Made by a program: the position numbers and the translations under genes. This document shows, piece by piece, positions 9,083 to 18,609 of a DNA stretch of 64,000 nt; within the stretch, counting starts at the first letter, position 1, and the number at the start of each line of letters is the position of its first letter. The DNA is from a virus, in IMG/VR virus record IMGVR_UViG_3300038701_000531, positions 1,438 through 65,437 of that record; one strand, written 5' to 3'. The notes below the pieces were generated by a model, which saw nothing but the letters and a program-made list of their open reading frames with translations, searched no databases and was not told the origin of the DNA.

Positions 9083-9159
9083 ATCTCCATAACTCAATTG
9101 GAAAGAGTAATTTCCTTCTAAGAAATAGGTTGTAGGTTCGAGTCCTACTGGGGATGCCA
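9083..9159 (+). tRNA. tRNA-Arg(TCT)
   Basis: Acceptor ATCTCCA/TGGGGAT, anticodon loop CTTCTAA, GGTTCGAGTCC T-arm, encoded CCA. Confidence 0.9.
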
Positions 9160-9160
9160 A

Positions 9161-9237
9161 GGGTCTGAAGCTTAAGTGGTATAAGCAATCCGCTCATAAC
9201 GGAGAGATAGCTAGTTCGAATCTAGTCAGACCCACCA
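9161..9237 (+). tRNA. tRNA with CAT anticodon (Met or Ile2)
   Basis: GGGTCTG/CAGACCC acceptor, CTCATAA loop, TTCGAAT, encoded CCA. Confidence 0.9.
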
Positions 9238-9258
9238 ACTAATTAAGAGGAGAAAGTT

Positions 9259-9567
9259 TTGGGTATAATTTTAAGTCCTATCGAACAATTAAGAGCAGAA
9301 GCAGAACATATTAATTCTACTAAAAATACTCTTAAATTCCCTAAACAGGAACGATACAAACAACCTAATGGTTTAGATTGGATTGATAAATGCGCTGATT
9401 CTTTTACAGAGGAAGAATTTAGAGGGGCTATGAAATTTACAATAGGTAAATACTTAGAGAGGTTAGGTAAGAAGGATAATATAACCTTAGAAGTAACTAA
9501 GGTAGCGGATTATGCAACTCGTTGGTTAGAATATGAAAAGAGTAAGGAGGAAATTGATGGACTTTAA
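9259..9567 (+). CDS. DUF3310-like (T7 gp1.7-like nucleotide kinase family) protein
   Basis: IGKYLERLGKKD..EVTKVADYATRW pattern; next to MazG and thyX. Confidence 0.55.
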   Translation: MGIILSPIEQLRAEAEHINSTKNTLKFPKQERYKQPNGLDWIDKCADSFTEEEFRGAMKFTIGKYLERLGKKDNITLEVTKVADYATRWLEYEKSKEEIDGL

Positions 9568-10132
9568 TAAAAAATCAAAAGAGATATTTGAACAAAATAA
9601 AGAAGCTGGTTGGTGGGATGATATGAATCGTTGTATCTACCAGACATTGCAGCTAGTTAATACAGAAATAGCGGAAGCTACTGAGGGGGCTAGAAAAGAC
9701 CTTATAGATGACCATCTCCCTCATCGTAAAATGGAAGAGGTTGAATTAGCTGATGCATTAATTCGTATGTTAGATTTAGCTGGCCGTTGTGGTTGGGAAA
9801 ATGAAAACCTACATAGTGATGCTACTTTAGAGGAGGTTTTTAAACCTTGTATTTCTACTTTTAAAAATAGTAGTGCAGGTAAAGTACATCTAATTCTTAG
9901 TAGCATAGTCTGTACTATAGGGGATGAGATAAGTGACTCTGGTAAGTTTTATGACTCAAATTCTTTAGAAATATTAAATGCCTATAGCAGCTTTACTTAT
10001 TCAATATTATTATATAGTAAATGTAAAGGGTATGATGTGTTAGGCGCTATGGAAGAAAAATTGGAATATAACAAAAATAGACTAGATCATAAGCGTGAAA
10101 ATCGTGCTAAAGAAGGAGGTAAGAAGTTTTAA
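9557..10132 (+). CDS. MazG-like NTP pyrophosphohydrolase
   Basis: EIAEATEG..EEVELADALIRMLD..EKLEYNKNR; start moved to ATG 9557. Confidence 0.8.
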   Translation: MDFNKKSKEIFEQNKEAGWWDDMNRCIYQTLQLVNTEIAEATEGARKDLIDDHLPHRKMEEVELADALIRMLDLAGRCGWENENLHSDATLEEVFKPCISTFKNSSAGKVHLILSSIVCTIGDEISDSGKFYDSNSLEILNAYSSFTYSILLYSKCKGYDVLGAMEEKLEYNKNRLDHKRENRAKEGGKKF

Positions 10133-10767
10133 TGAAAGTAGTATACATCGACCATATGGGAGACGACACTTCTGTAGTTAAAGCTGCTAGAGTTTCTTTT
10201 GCTCAAGATGGGGAGGTACGTAGTGTAGAAGACAATACAAAATTAATCAATTATTTGGCTAAACACCGTCATTGGACACCTTTTTCACATACTTCTATTA
10301 CTTTACGTATGACTGCCCCCATACCTATTAGGACGCAAGCTTTTAAACATAAGGTAGGTTTTTCAGAAAATGAGGAAAGTAGGCGCTACGTCAGTTATGA
10401 ACCTGAGTACTTTATTCCAGAGTTCAGGGAATCATGTGATAATAAAAAGCAAGGATCGGGAGGCTCTCATCCTGAAAGCAATAAAATACAAGACCTCTAT
10501 AAGGTGTGTATGGAATATAACATTCGGTTGTATAAGAACTTATTAGATAAAGGTGTAGCAGAAGAACAAGCAAGGTTTGTACTACCACAAGGGTGTATGG
10601 TTAATTGGTATTGGACAGGGAGTTTAAGCGCTTTTGCTAGATTCTATAAACAACGTAGTGACTCTCATGCACAAAAAGAAATTCAAGAATTAGCTAAAAT
10701 GGTTGCAGATACTATCCAACCACTATATCCTATATCTTGGAAAGCCCTTACAGAGGATAAAACATGA
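10132..10767 (+). CDS. thyX: flavin-dependent thymidylate synthase
   Basis: HWTPFSH, KHK..NEESRRY, EQARFVLP, HAQKEI. Confidence 0.95.
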   Translation: MKVVYIDHMGDDTSVVKAARVSFAQDGEVRSVEDNTKLINYLAKHRHWTPFSHTSITLRMTAPIPIRTQAFKHKVGFSENEESRRYVSYEPEYFIPEFRESCDNKKQGSGGSHPESNKIQDLYKVCMEYNIRLYKNLLDKGVAEEQARFVLPQGCMVNWYWTGSLSAFARFYKQRSDSHAQKEIQELAKMVADTIQPLYPISWKALTEDKT

Positions 10768-11081
10768 AATTACCCTTTAAAACAGTATTACTAGATGATA
10801 TACTAGAATACTACCCAGAGATAGACCCTCAGACCTCCTCAGAGGCAGAATTAGAGGTTTTATTATATAAGCTAGGTATTGATATCAATTTTGGATTTGA
10901 ACAGCTTACAAGGCTATTCAGGGACTCAAAAGATAAAACAAAAGTTGAAAACAAAGTTTGCTGGAGCGGAATTGAACGTTCTGATAAAGTTTGGCGTGAT
11001 AGTGGTAATGCTTCTGAAGAATGTCTAGAATTATTCCGAAGTAGTATAGCAAGAGATGTAGGAGATAAACTTAGTGTTTGA
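10764..11081 (+). CDS. hypothetical protein
   Basis: 105-aa ORF, ATGA overlap. Confidence 0.65.
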   Translation: MKLPFKTVLLDDILEYYPEIDPQTSSEAELEVLLYKLGIDINFGFEQLTRLFRDSKDKTKVENKVCWSGIERSDKVWRDSGNASEECLELFRSSIARDVGDKLSV

Positions 11082-11235
11082 TAAAAACTACATTTAAATC
11101 ACTACTACTAGTGATTAATTATTAGTTGTATTGAATTAAGTAGTTTATTAACTATTACTAGTGAATAATAAATAGTATTAATTTAAGAGAGTTTTGGTAA
11201 ATCTAACACCTCTTTTTTTTTTTGGAGAATAATAA

Positions 11236-12222
11236 TTGATAAAAAAACCTAATATTCAAAAACCACAACCAGCTTATGTTTTTGAATACCCAGAATATGC
11301 AACCTTAGCAGATCAACAATTAGATGTGTTTTGGCCTTGGAAAGAAATAGACGTTAGTAAAGATAAACAAGCTCTTTTAACTGAGATGTCAGAAAGTGAA
11401 AAACATGGAGTGACGACAGCTTTAAAACTCTTCACTAAATATGAAATAATTGTAGGTAATGAATATTGGTTAGGTAGGGTTATGAGAAACTTCCCTAAAC
11501 CCGAAATACAAAGGATGGCAGCAGCTTTCGGCCATGTAGAGTTAAATAGTCATGCACCTTTCTACAATGAGATTAATAAGGAATTAGGTTTGGCTACAGA
11601 AGATTTTTATAATTCTTATGTAGAGGATGAGACTCTTAAGGGTCGTATGGATTTTATTGATAAACTGGTTAGTAGTAAAGACGATGTATTATCTTTAGCC
11701 GCCTTCAGTATCGTAGAGGGCGCTGTGTTGTACAGTAGCTTTGCTTTTCTAAAGCACTTTCAAAGTAATGGCAAAAATAAGCTAACCAATATATGTAGAG
11801 GCATTAATATGTCAGTTACAGATGAAAATCTACACAGCATTGGCGGTGCAAGTTTATGTAGAGACCTTAAAAGAGAACTAGAATATACTGAGGAGGAGGA
11901 GTTAGAGTTTGAACATGAGGTGTACAGTTTATGCGATATAGTTAGGGACCATGAATATCGTATCATTGATATGATCTTTGAGAAAGGTAAAATGGATGGC
12001 ATTACTGATATACAGATGAAACATTTTGTAGATAGTCGTATCAACACTTGTTTACAGCAATTAGGGCTTAACAGACTTTATGATGTTAAATATAACCCTA
12101 TTGCAGAATGGTTTTATAAAGGTATTAATAACTACCAATTTAATGATTTCTTTAGTGGTATTGGTAGAGAGTACCAAAGGAATTGGGATGAATCTAAGTT
12201 TATATGGAGGAAGAAAACCTAG
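11236..12222 (+). CDS. nrdB: class I ribonucleotide reductase beta subunit
   Basis: FTKYE, ELNSHAPFY, VEGAVLYSSF, DENLH diiron motifs. Confidence 0.95.
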   Translation: MIKKPNIQKPQPAYVFEYPEYATLADQQLDVFWPWKEIDVSKDKQALLTEMSESEKHGVTTALKLFTKYEIIVGNEYWLGRVMRNFPKPEIQRMAAAFGHVELNSHAPFYNEINKELGLATEDFYNSYVEDETLKGRMDFIDKLVSSKDDVLSLAAFSIVEGAVLYSSFAFLKHFQSNGKNKLTNICRGINMSVTDENLHSIGGASLCRDLKRELEYTEEEELEFEHEVYSLCDIVRDHEYRIIDMIFEKGKMDGITDIQMKHFVDSRINTCLQQLGLNRLYDVKYNPIAEWFYKGINNYQFNDFFSGIGREYQRNWDESKFIWRKKT

Positions 12223-13928
12223 TGGCTAAGACGATTTATGAAGAACTTTCTGCTGAAAGAAAACAATTACAAGAACAAAATAAAATGCCAGATTGGTTCA
12301 CAACAGGGGGTTGGCAACTTTTTAAAGAAAGGTACTTATATGATGCAGCTAATCCAAGAGATCAATATAAACGTATCGCGGATACAGCAGCTAAATATGT
12401 AGAGGGTAAAATGCCCCACCCTGAGGGTAAATTGTGGTCAGATGTATTTTTTGAACTTTTATGGAAAGGTTGGTTATCAGTATCCACCCCTATATTAGCT
12501 AATATGGGTACTAACAGAGGTTTACCTGTTAGTTGTTCTGGGCAGTATATTGGAGATAGTATCTATGATATTTACTCCTCTAAACTTGAAACAGCTATAT
12601 TAACTAAACATGGATTTGGTACAGCAGGGTATTTTGCTATTAGAGAACGAGGAGCAGGGATATCTGTTGGAGGGAAGTCTAGTGGGACTCAACCCGTATT
12701 TAAAGGCTTGGTTGGAGATATGCAATATGTCTCTCAAGGAGGAGTTAGAAGAGGAGCCTTTGCAGCTTATATTGAAATAGATCACCCTGACTTCTTTGAG
12801 TTATGTAATTTTATTGAACAGAACCCAGAGGATGCTAATATAGGGTGGATTGTACCTCAGAATTTTATAGATAAACTCAATGAGGAAGATGAAGATTGTA
12901 TAGAGAGATTTCAGAAAGCTCTGTTCACTAAGATGGTTACAGGCAAAGGTTACTTCTTCTTTAAAGATAAAGCCAATAAACAAAGACCTAAAATGTATAA
13001 GGACTTAAGTTTAAAAGTAGAGGCTCCCCAGCTTTGTAACGAGATCATGTTACATAGTAGTCCTGATTATACTTATACTTGTGTATTAAGTTCTAAAAAT
13101 TTAAGTAAATATGACGAGTGGAAAGGGACAAATTCTGTGTATGAATCCACCGTTTTCTTAGATTGCGTAGCTGAGGATTTTATACAAAAAGGTTGTAAAA
13201 TAAAAGGTTTAGAAAAAGCTGTTAGATTCACCAAGGAAAGTAGAGCGCTTGGTTTAGGTGCTTGCGGTTTACATACTTTGTTCCAAAGTAGAGGAATACC
13301 TTTTGAGAGTTTTGAAGCTCACATGTTAAATAACGAGGTGTTCTCTTATATAAAGCAAGAGAGTGAGAGAGCGTCAAAAGATATGGCTGAATACTTAGGG
13401 GAACCCCTGTGGTGTGAAGGGTATGGAGTAAGGAATACTCATACTAGAGCAGTAGCACCTACTAAATCAACAGCTTTGATTATGGGGGGTATTAGTGAAG
13501 GTATCAATCCTGACCCTGCTATGACATATACACAAACTACAGCAGCAGGAGAAGTTGATAGACTTAACCCTCAACTATTGAAGTTGATGAAAGATAAGAG
13601 AATTTATACTAAAGAACATATACAAGAAGTTATTGATGCTAAAGGCAGTGTACAGAAAGTTAATTGGTTATCTGATGAGGAAAAACTAGTATTTAAGACC
13701 GCATTTGAAATAGACCAAAAAGCTATTTTAAGGTTAGCTAGTTTAAGACAAACTACTCTAGATCAAGGACAGTCTCTTAACCTCTTCTTCTCCTCAGATG
13801 AGGATGAGTCTTATATAGCGGAGGTTCATCAAGAGGCTTTTGAAGACCCAAATATTAATGGTTTATATTATTGTTATAGTAAACGTGGTGTAGAAGCCTC
13901 TAAAGGCGAGTGTGTAGCTTGTCAATAA
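12204..13928 (+). CDS. nrdA: class I ribonucleotide reductase alpha subunit (no ATP-cone)
   Basis: STPILANMG..SC, QLCNEI, APTKST, C-terminal CVACQ. Confidence 0.95.
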   Translation: MEEENLVAKTIYEELSAERKQLQEQNKMPDWFTTGGWQLFKERYLYDAANPRDQYKRIADTAAKYVEGKMPHPEGKLWSDVFFELLWKGWLSVSTPILANMGTNRGLPVSCSGQYIGDSIYDIYSSKLETAILTKHGFGTAGYFAIRERGAGISVGGKSSGTQPVFKGLVGDMQYVSQGGVRRGAFAAYIEIDHPDFFELCNFIEQNPEDANIGWIVPQNFIDKLNEEDEDCIERFQKALFTKMVTGKGYFFFKDKANKQRPKMYKDLSLKVEAPQLCNEIMLHSSPDYTYTCVLSSKNLSKYDEWKGTNSVYESTVFLDCVAEDFIQKGCKIKGLEKAVRFTKESRALGLGACGLHTLFQSRGIPFESFEAHMLNNEVFSYIKQESERASKDMAEYLGEPLWCEGYGVRNTHTRAVAPTKSTALIMGGISEGINPDPAMTYTQTTAAGEVDRLNPQLLKLMKDKRIYTKEHIQEVIDAKGSVQKVNWLSDEEKLVFKTAFEIDQKAILRLASLRQTTLDQGQSLNLFFSSDEDESYIAEVHQEAFEDPNINGLYYCYSKRGVEASKGECVACQ

Positions 13929-13948
13929 AAATAAATACAAAATAAAAC

Positions 13949-14013
13949 TTGCAAACCTCTTAGTGATGTTGTATTATTAATTTAATTACATTGCTAGGAG
14001 GTTTTTTTTTATG
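13949..14013 (+). promoter_or_regulatory. promoter with embedded anti-RBS inverted repeat and T-tract
   Basis: TTGCAA-17-TATTAT; AAACCTCTTAG (13953-63) complementary to CTAGGAGGTTT (13994-14004). Confidence 0.65.
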
Positions 14014-14313
14014 TTTGATGCTAATCTTAGACACTTACCAAAAGGTCATAAATTCTTTGCTTCTATAGAGTATATAAATGTAGATGGTATTGATGTAGGT
14101 GATAATGTGTTAGTGCTTTGTGAAATGCTATCTGAGGAAAGCATCAATCCAAAAATTGAGTTTAAAGCTAATGGCAGTACTTATAGACTAAAACATAAAG
14201 ATCACTTTGAAGAGGTATTAATGGTATATCAAGGTAATGTAGATGGTACAGGTTTTATAGATAAATATGTCAAAGCACATGTATTAACAATATTAGGAGG
14301 AGAATGGTTATGA
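14011..14313 (+). CDS. hypothetical protein
   Basis: 100 aa, strong RBS. Confidence 0.7.
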   Translation: MFDANLRHLPKGHKFFASIEYINVDGIDVGDNVLVLCEMLSEESINPKIEFKANGSTYRLKHKDHFEEVLMVYQGNVDGTGFIDKYVKAHVLTILGGEWL

Positions 14314-14900
14314 GTTATAAATTAGCGGATGGAAGTTTAAGTACAGATTATAAAGTAGGTGATAAATTTGAGGTTGTTAGTGGTTTAAGCAACTCTGGGG
14401 TAAGTATAGGAACTATTTTAGAGTTTTTAGATGATGATGGTACACCTATGCCTGCATTTGATGTATCAGGAGGTGGAGGTTATGAAGTTTATGTTGGTTG
14501 GGAAGACTTAGTACCGCACCAAGAGCAGCCTAAATTCATTAATTCAGTAATGAAGAACTCAGAAATAGCTCAATTAGGTTTGTTAGAATTAGGTTACAAG
14601 TTTAAGACAGGAGATCAACAACCTAAGAGTTTAACTATAAAGTTCCTTTATACTAATGAATGCGGTGCACTTTCCTTAAGTGACCACTTAGATCTTAGTT
14701 ACCTTAGAAATTTATATGCATTCAAAGCTACTATCGAAGATGGAAATACTGCTGTCACTGCAAAACTAAAGCAAGAGAAAGACTCTGCTAAATTATATCG
14801 CCAATTAAAATCTAATTACAGAGAGGAATCTTTTGGTCTAATGGTAGAAGATATTAAAAGTGGTAAAATAGATTTCTTAAAATTTACAGGAAAAGACTAA
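14304..14900 (+). CDS. hypothetical protein
   Basis: 198 aa, RBS AGGAGG. Confidence 0.7.
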   Translation: MVMSYKLADGSLSTDYKVGDKFEVVSGLSNSGVSIGTILEFLDDDGTPMPAFDVSGGGGYEVYVGWEDLVPHQEQPKFINSVMKNSEIAQLGLLELGYKFKTGDQQPKSLTIKFLYTNECGALSLSDHLDLSYLRNLYAFKATIEDGNTAVTAKLKQEKDSAKLYRQLKSNYREESFGLMVEDIKSGKIDFLKFTGKD

Positions 14901-15208
14901 TGAAAACTTTACTTCTTATATTTAGTTTGCTACTATCATCTACAACATATAGTGCAGAACATTATAAGACTAAATCATTTAATGTAGGTAGTGTATACTG
15001 TGATATAAGAACAGGTAGGAAAGTTAGAGATGCTGTATGCTACTACGTGTTTAAAGAAGATGAGACTACTATACACTGTAAAGAAGCTACTTACATGCAC
15101 CCCAATAGGTTTATTATAGATAAAGGTGTTTATAGGGTTAGCAAAACAAGCTATGAAGCAAGAAGGTTTCTAGAAGAGGTAGCTAAAATTAAACTAGGTA
15201 AGGAGTAA
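14900..15208 (+). CDS. hypothetical secreted protein
   Basis: Signal-peptide-like MKTLLLIFSLLLSS. Confidence 0.6.
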   Translation: MKTLLLIFSLLLSSTTYSAEHYKTKSFNVGSVYCDIRTGRKVRDAVCYYVFKEDETTIHCKEATYMHPNRFIIDKGVYRVSKTSYEARRFLEEVAKIKLGKE

Positions 15209-15213
15209 TAATT

Positions 15214-15420
15214 ATGAATGGTAGAGAACTTTTTAGAAATTATTTTAAGATTAAGAAAGGTCTAGATGTAGCGTCTTTTGTAGAGGAAACTGCAAATACA
15301 GACTTTTATCATAATGGGTCTTTTACTTTCTATTATAAAGATAGTGAGGGTAAAACTCAAAAGGCTAAAGGTTATTACCAAGATGTCTTATATTTTGCTA
15401 TAAATAATAGGTGGCTATGA
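15214..15420 (+). CDS. hypothetical protein
   Basis: 68 aa. Confidence 0.6.
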   Translation: MNGRELFRNYFKIKKGLDVASFVEETANTDFYHNGSFTFYYKDSEGKTQKAKGYYQDVLYFAINNRWL

Positions 15421-15600
15421 ATGTATATCATAATGTACTCTGAGAGTTCCTCAGAAGGTCTCAGAGAAGAGATCTTAACTCAGGTAGGGGATAGTATACC
15501 TTTACGATTTAAAGACGCTGAAGGGGCTAACAATTACATTCACAGACATAGGTTATATGATGTATTTGATAACATCAGACCTGTACTAGAGGAGAATTAA
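15421..15600 (+). CDS. hypothetical protein (59 aa) containing dispersed element copy B
   Basis: Manual ORF MYIIMYSESSSEGLREE...; contains CTCTGAGAG, CTCAGAG and GTAGGGGATAG. Confidence 0.4.
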   Translation: MYIIMYSESSSEGLREEILTQVGDSIPLRFKDAEGANNYIHRHRLYDVFDNIRPVLEEN

Positions 15601-15601
15601 A

Positions 15602-15895
15602 ATGAATACAAAATTAGAAATGAAATACTTAAATGAAAAGAAGAGTATGAAGTTAGCTTACTTACTAGGTGCTATTAGTTACATTATTCCATTAGCTCTA
15701 CATAAATTCTACCTAGAACAATATGGATGGGCAGTATTATATATTATTCTTATATCTATAGGACTACTTAGCCCTCAAAGCCTAGAAGGAGCTTTATGTA
15801 CTTTAGTTTATAGCATTTTAATGCTTGTAGATATTATTAAGACTTCCCTTGATGTTAAGAGTTATAATGAAAAATTATTAGATGAATATTTTTAA
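15602..15895 (+). CDS. TM2-domain membrane protein
   Basis: 'KKSMKLAYLL..LALHKFYL..GWAVLY..W/DII' TM2 signature. Confidence 0.75.
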   Translation: MNTKLEMKYLNEKKSMKLAYLLGAISYIIPLALHKFYLEQYGWAVLYIILISIGLLSPQSLEGALCTLVYSILMLVDIIKTSLDVKSYNEKLLDEYF

Positions 15896-15896
15896 T

Positions 15897-15923
15897 AAAA
15901 AAAAAGGAGGCTAAAAGCCTCCT
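15897..15923 (-). terminator. Rho-independent terminator between convergent blocks
   Basis: AGGAGGCT-AAA-AGCCTCCT hairpin with A-run (U-tract on the - strand). Confidence 0.8.
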
Positions 15924-15926
15924 CTA

Positions 15927-16247
15927 TTAACAAGCATCTCTAACTTTAATTACTATATCACCTAAAATACAATCAGTAAGTGATATACCATCTGGATGAT
16001 CAGCATCAGTAACAGATAAGTGTAGTATGTAACTACCTACTGCTAAAGCTGTGTCTCCTAGAAGTAGTTCTAATTTAGTTATATCATTCGTATCTAATAA
16101 GAATACTTCTGGATTAGAAACTTTAGTATAAGTCTCTGTACCAAGCTTAACAGTTATATCCGCCATGCTAGGTAGGTTAACTCCATTAACTCTAATTATC
16201 ACTGGAGTTGATGTAGTCTTTACAACAGTATCCCACAACATTAACAA
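15927..16247 (-). CDS. putative virion accessory protein (Ig/BppU-like)
   Basis: 106 aa, last gene of the structural operon. Confidence 0.55.
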   Translation of the reverse strand: MLMLWDTVVKTTSTPVIIRVNGVNLPSMADITVKLGTETYTKVSNPEVFLLDTNDITKLELLLGDTALAVGSYILHLSVTDADHPDGISLTDCILGDIVIKVRDAC

Positions 16248-16447
16248 TTCCTCCTATCTTCTATATAAATACTTTCCCTAGATTCAAGATAAACTAATTC
16301 TCTCTCCTCAGGACATATAGATAATGCTGTCCAATCAATTGGAGTAACTACAGGAGGCAAACCAGAAGAAAAACCTCTGGTTATAATATCCTTTATTGTT
16401 CCTAAACCAGCACCAAAACCTCTAGTGATTATAGATTTAACAGACAT
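16241..16447 (-). CDS. small protein with repeated IITRGF motif
   Basis: SIITRGFG..DIITRGFS. Confidence 0.6.
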   Translation of the reverse strand: MSVKSIITRGFGAGLGTIKDIITRGFSSGLPPVVTPIDWTALSICPEERELVYLESRESIYIEDRRNC

Positions 16448-18600
16448 TAACTACTCCTAGTGATTGAAGTAGGATTAGCTGAATCATTAATGGTAAATGT
16501 TCCTGCTGCTGTAGCTCCATCTAATCTCTTAACATTATAACTAACTCCAGTAATATCAAAGTCAGTTAAGAATTGTTGAGTCATTAGAATAGCTTGAGTG
16601 GCTGTAGGAGCAACCCCATCTGCTGCATAACTCTCTACTAATTGAGTAGTCCATACATCACTAACACTAATATCATTCAATGCTGATATCTGATTAGGTA
16701 TAGTAGTACTAGTGTCCTCTAAGATAGCTGCAATACTCGCGTTATCAGGATTAACAGTAGCAAAGCCTGTAGCAGTCAACCAATTGCCTTGATTAAGCTG
16801 TAACTCATTAGTATCTGCTAATATGTCAGTAATACTAGAGTTATCTGGTGCGGTGTAACTAGAAGCTAACAGAGCATTGTCTGTACCTCTCATGTCAGTA
16901 TTGGTAGTTGTAGTATCTACTAATGTAACATTAGCAACTACATCACTAGCAGCATTAAAATCATTAAGGTCATCTAAGGTTGTCTTAGTACCACTAATAC
17001 TAAAACCAGCTTTATCAGTTAGTGATCTAGTAGCATATGACCAGATATCAGCAGGGGTAGTACCTCCACCGCCTCCAGCAGCACTAACTTCACTATCTAA
17101 GTAGAAACCAAAGGTTCCTGCTGTTGTGTGTCCTGATTGAGCTTCATCCCAAACACCATCTACTATTTGAGATACTGTAGGAGGAGTACCTGTGTAAGCA
17201 GAATCAGTTCCTCTCATATCTGTGTTAGTTGTTGTTGTATCAACTAATGTAACATGAGCTACTGTATCTGTAGCAGGATTAAAATCATTTAAATCTGTTA
17301 TATCACTTTTCTGAGATAAATCAGGAGTAGCTGTAGGAACAGCAGTAGTTCCATCCATACCTAATCTATATCTGATTTGGTTCTTCTCAGTAGCTGTAAA
17401 CTCACCACCCCCACTAATAGCTGTTCCTACGTCATCTACCACTTTAGTAGTAACTGCATCTGCATTCTCAAAGAATACATCAAAGTTACCAGCGATACGT
17501 CCTGCTGTAGTTTCTGTTAATGTGGTAGATAAGAAACCCTGTGTAAATGAATTAACATTACCACTAACGTCTATAGCCATAGAGCTAAAATTAGTAGGGA
17601 AAGTCTGAGTAAGGCTATAGCCTGTCTTGCCAACATTCCAATTACCCTTATTATCTAAAGCATTAGCTGCAATACCAGAAGCTGTTATCCAGTTAGTTGG
17701 TATTGAAGGTAAGTTAGTTAAGTTAGTTACTGTAGCTACTGCATCTGTTGCAGGATCAAAATCATTTAGAGCTGCTATTTGAGCAGGAATAGTAGTTCCT
17801 GTATCTTCTAGGATAGCAGTAATACTAGCATTATCTGGGTTTACCGTAGCAAATCCAGTGGCTGTAGCCCAATCCCCCTGATTAAGTTGCAACTCATTAG
17901 TATCTGCTAATATAGCTGTAATACTAGAGTTGTCTGGAGCTGTATAACCTGATGCTAATAAAGCGTTATCTGTACCGCGCATATCTGTATTAGTAGTACA
18001 AGTATCCACTAAGTCTACATTAACAACTGCACCAGCTAGAGTGTTAATAGCTCCTGCACTAACTATATCTGTAGCTGCTATATCATTAAGAGCATCTAGA
18101 GTAGTCTTAGTTCCTGATATAGTGAATCCAGCCTTATCAGTTATTGCTCTTGTAGTTGTACCCCAAACTTTATCAGCCCCTACTTGAGTTATACCTACAT
18201 CATTAGTGACATTTGTAGTTGTAGCTACTAAAGTTACATTAGCTACAGCATCACTAGTAGCATCAAAAGTACTTCTAGTGCTAATAGCAGCGTCTAAATT
18301 AGTTAATCCTAAGTCAGCAGTATCGTGGGGGTCAAAACTTACAGTATACACTTGAATAGCAGCAGTAATAGCTGACGTATGAGTAAATGTAAATACTACA
18401 TGATTACCATTGGTCTCTGCTTGAGTTGGAGCATAACTCCAAGTACCGTTACCTTCATGAGCTACTGTACCTGCTCCAGCAGATTGAGTGCCCCCATCAA
18501 TAGTGACATATACAGTAGTAGTCCCTGTTACGACATCACTCCCGTCAGAGGAGTTTATTAGTTGGGCTGTTACTACTTGCCCTGATATATTTTTTCTCAT
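16447..18600 (-). CDS. repeat-rich putative fibre/appendage protein
   Basis: 717 aa, Thr/Ala/Asp-rich, three 'LVDTxTTNTDMRGTD' repeats, ~90-aa internal duplication. Confidence 0.65.
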   Translation of the reverse strand: MRKNISGQVVTAQLINSSDGSDVVTGTTTVYVTIDGGTQSAGAGTVAHEGNGTWSYAPTQAETNGNHVVFTFTHTSAITAAIQVYTVSFDPHDTADLGLTNLDAAISTRSTFDATSDAVANVTLVATTTNVTNDVGITQVGADKVWGTTTRAITDKAGFTISGTKTTLDALNDIAATDIVSAGAINTLAGAVVNVDLVDTCTTNTDMRGTDNALLASGYTAPDNSSITAILADTNELQLNQGDWATATGFATVNPDNASITAILEDTGTTIPAQIAALNDFDPATDAVATVTNLTNLPSIPTNWITASGIAANALDNKGNWNVGKTGYSLTQTFPTNFSSMAIDVSGNVNSFTQGFLSTTLTETTAGRIAGNFDVFFENADAVTTKVVDDVGTAISGGGEFTATEKNQIRYRLGMDGTTAVPTATPDLSQKSDITDLNDFNPATDTVAHVTLVDTTTTNTDMRGTDSAYTGTPPTVSQIVDGVWDEAQSGHTTAGTFGFYLDSEVSAAGGGGGTTPADIWSYATRSLTDKAGFSISGTKTTLDDLNDFNAASDVVANVTLVDTTTTNTDMRGTDNALLASSYTAPDNSSITDILADTNELQLNQGNWLTATGFATVNPDNASIAAILEDTSTTIPNQISALNDISVSDVWTTQLVESYAADGVAPTATQAILMTQQFLTDFDITGVSYNVKRLDGATAAGTFTINDSANPTSITRSS

Positions 18601-18609
18601 TATTTCCTC

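Noticed and set aside
11080-11235. AT-rich spacer before nrdB as an intron or ncRNA
   Set aside because: No group I core elements; only short weak hairpins and a T-run, consistent with an ordinary promoter/terminator spacer.
16447-18600. Duplicated segments as a diversity-generating retroelement TR/VR pair
   Set aside because: Both copies are inside one ORF, the differences are not restricted to adenines, and no reverse transcriptase is present.
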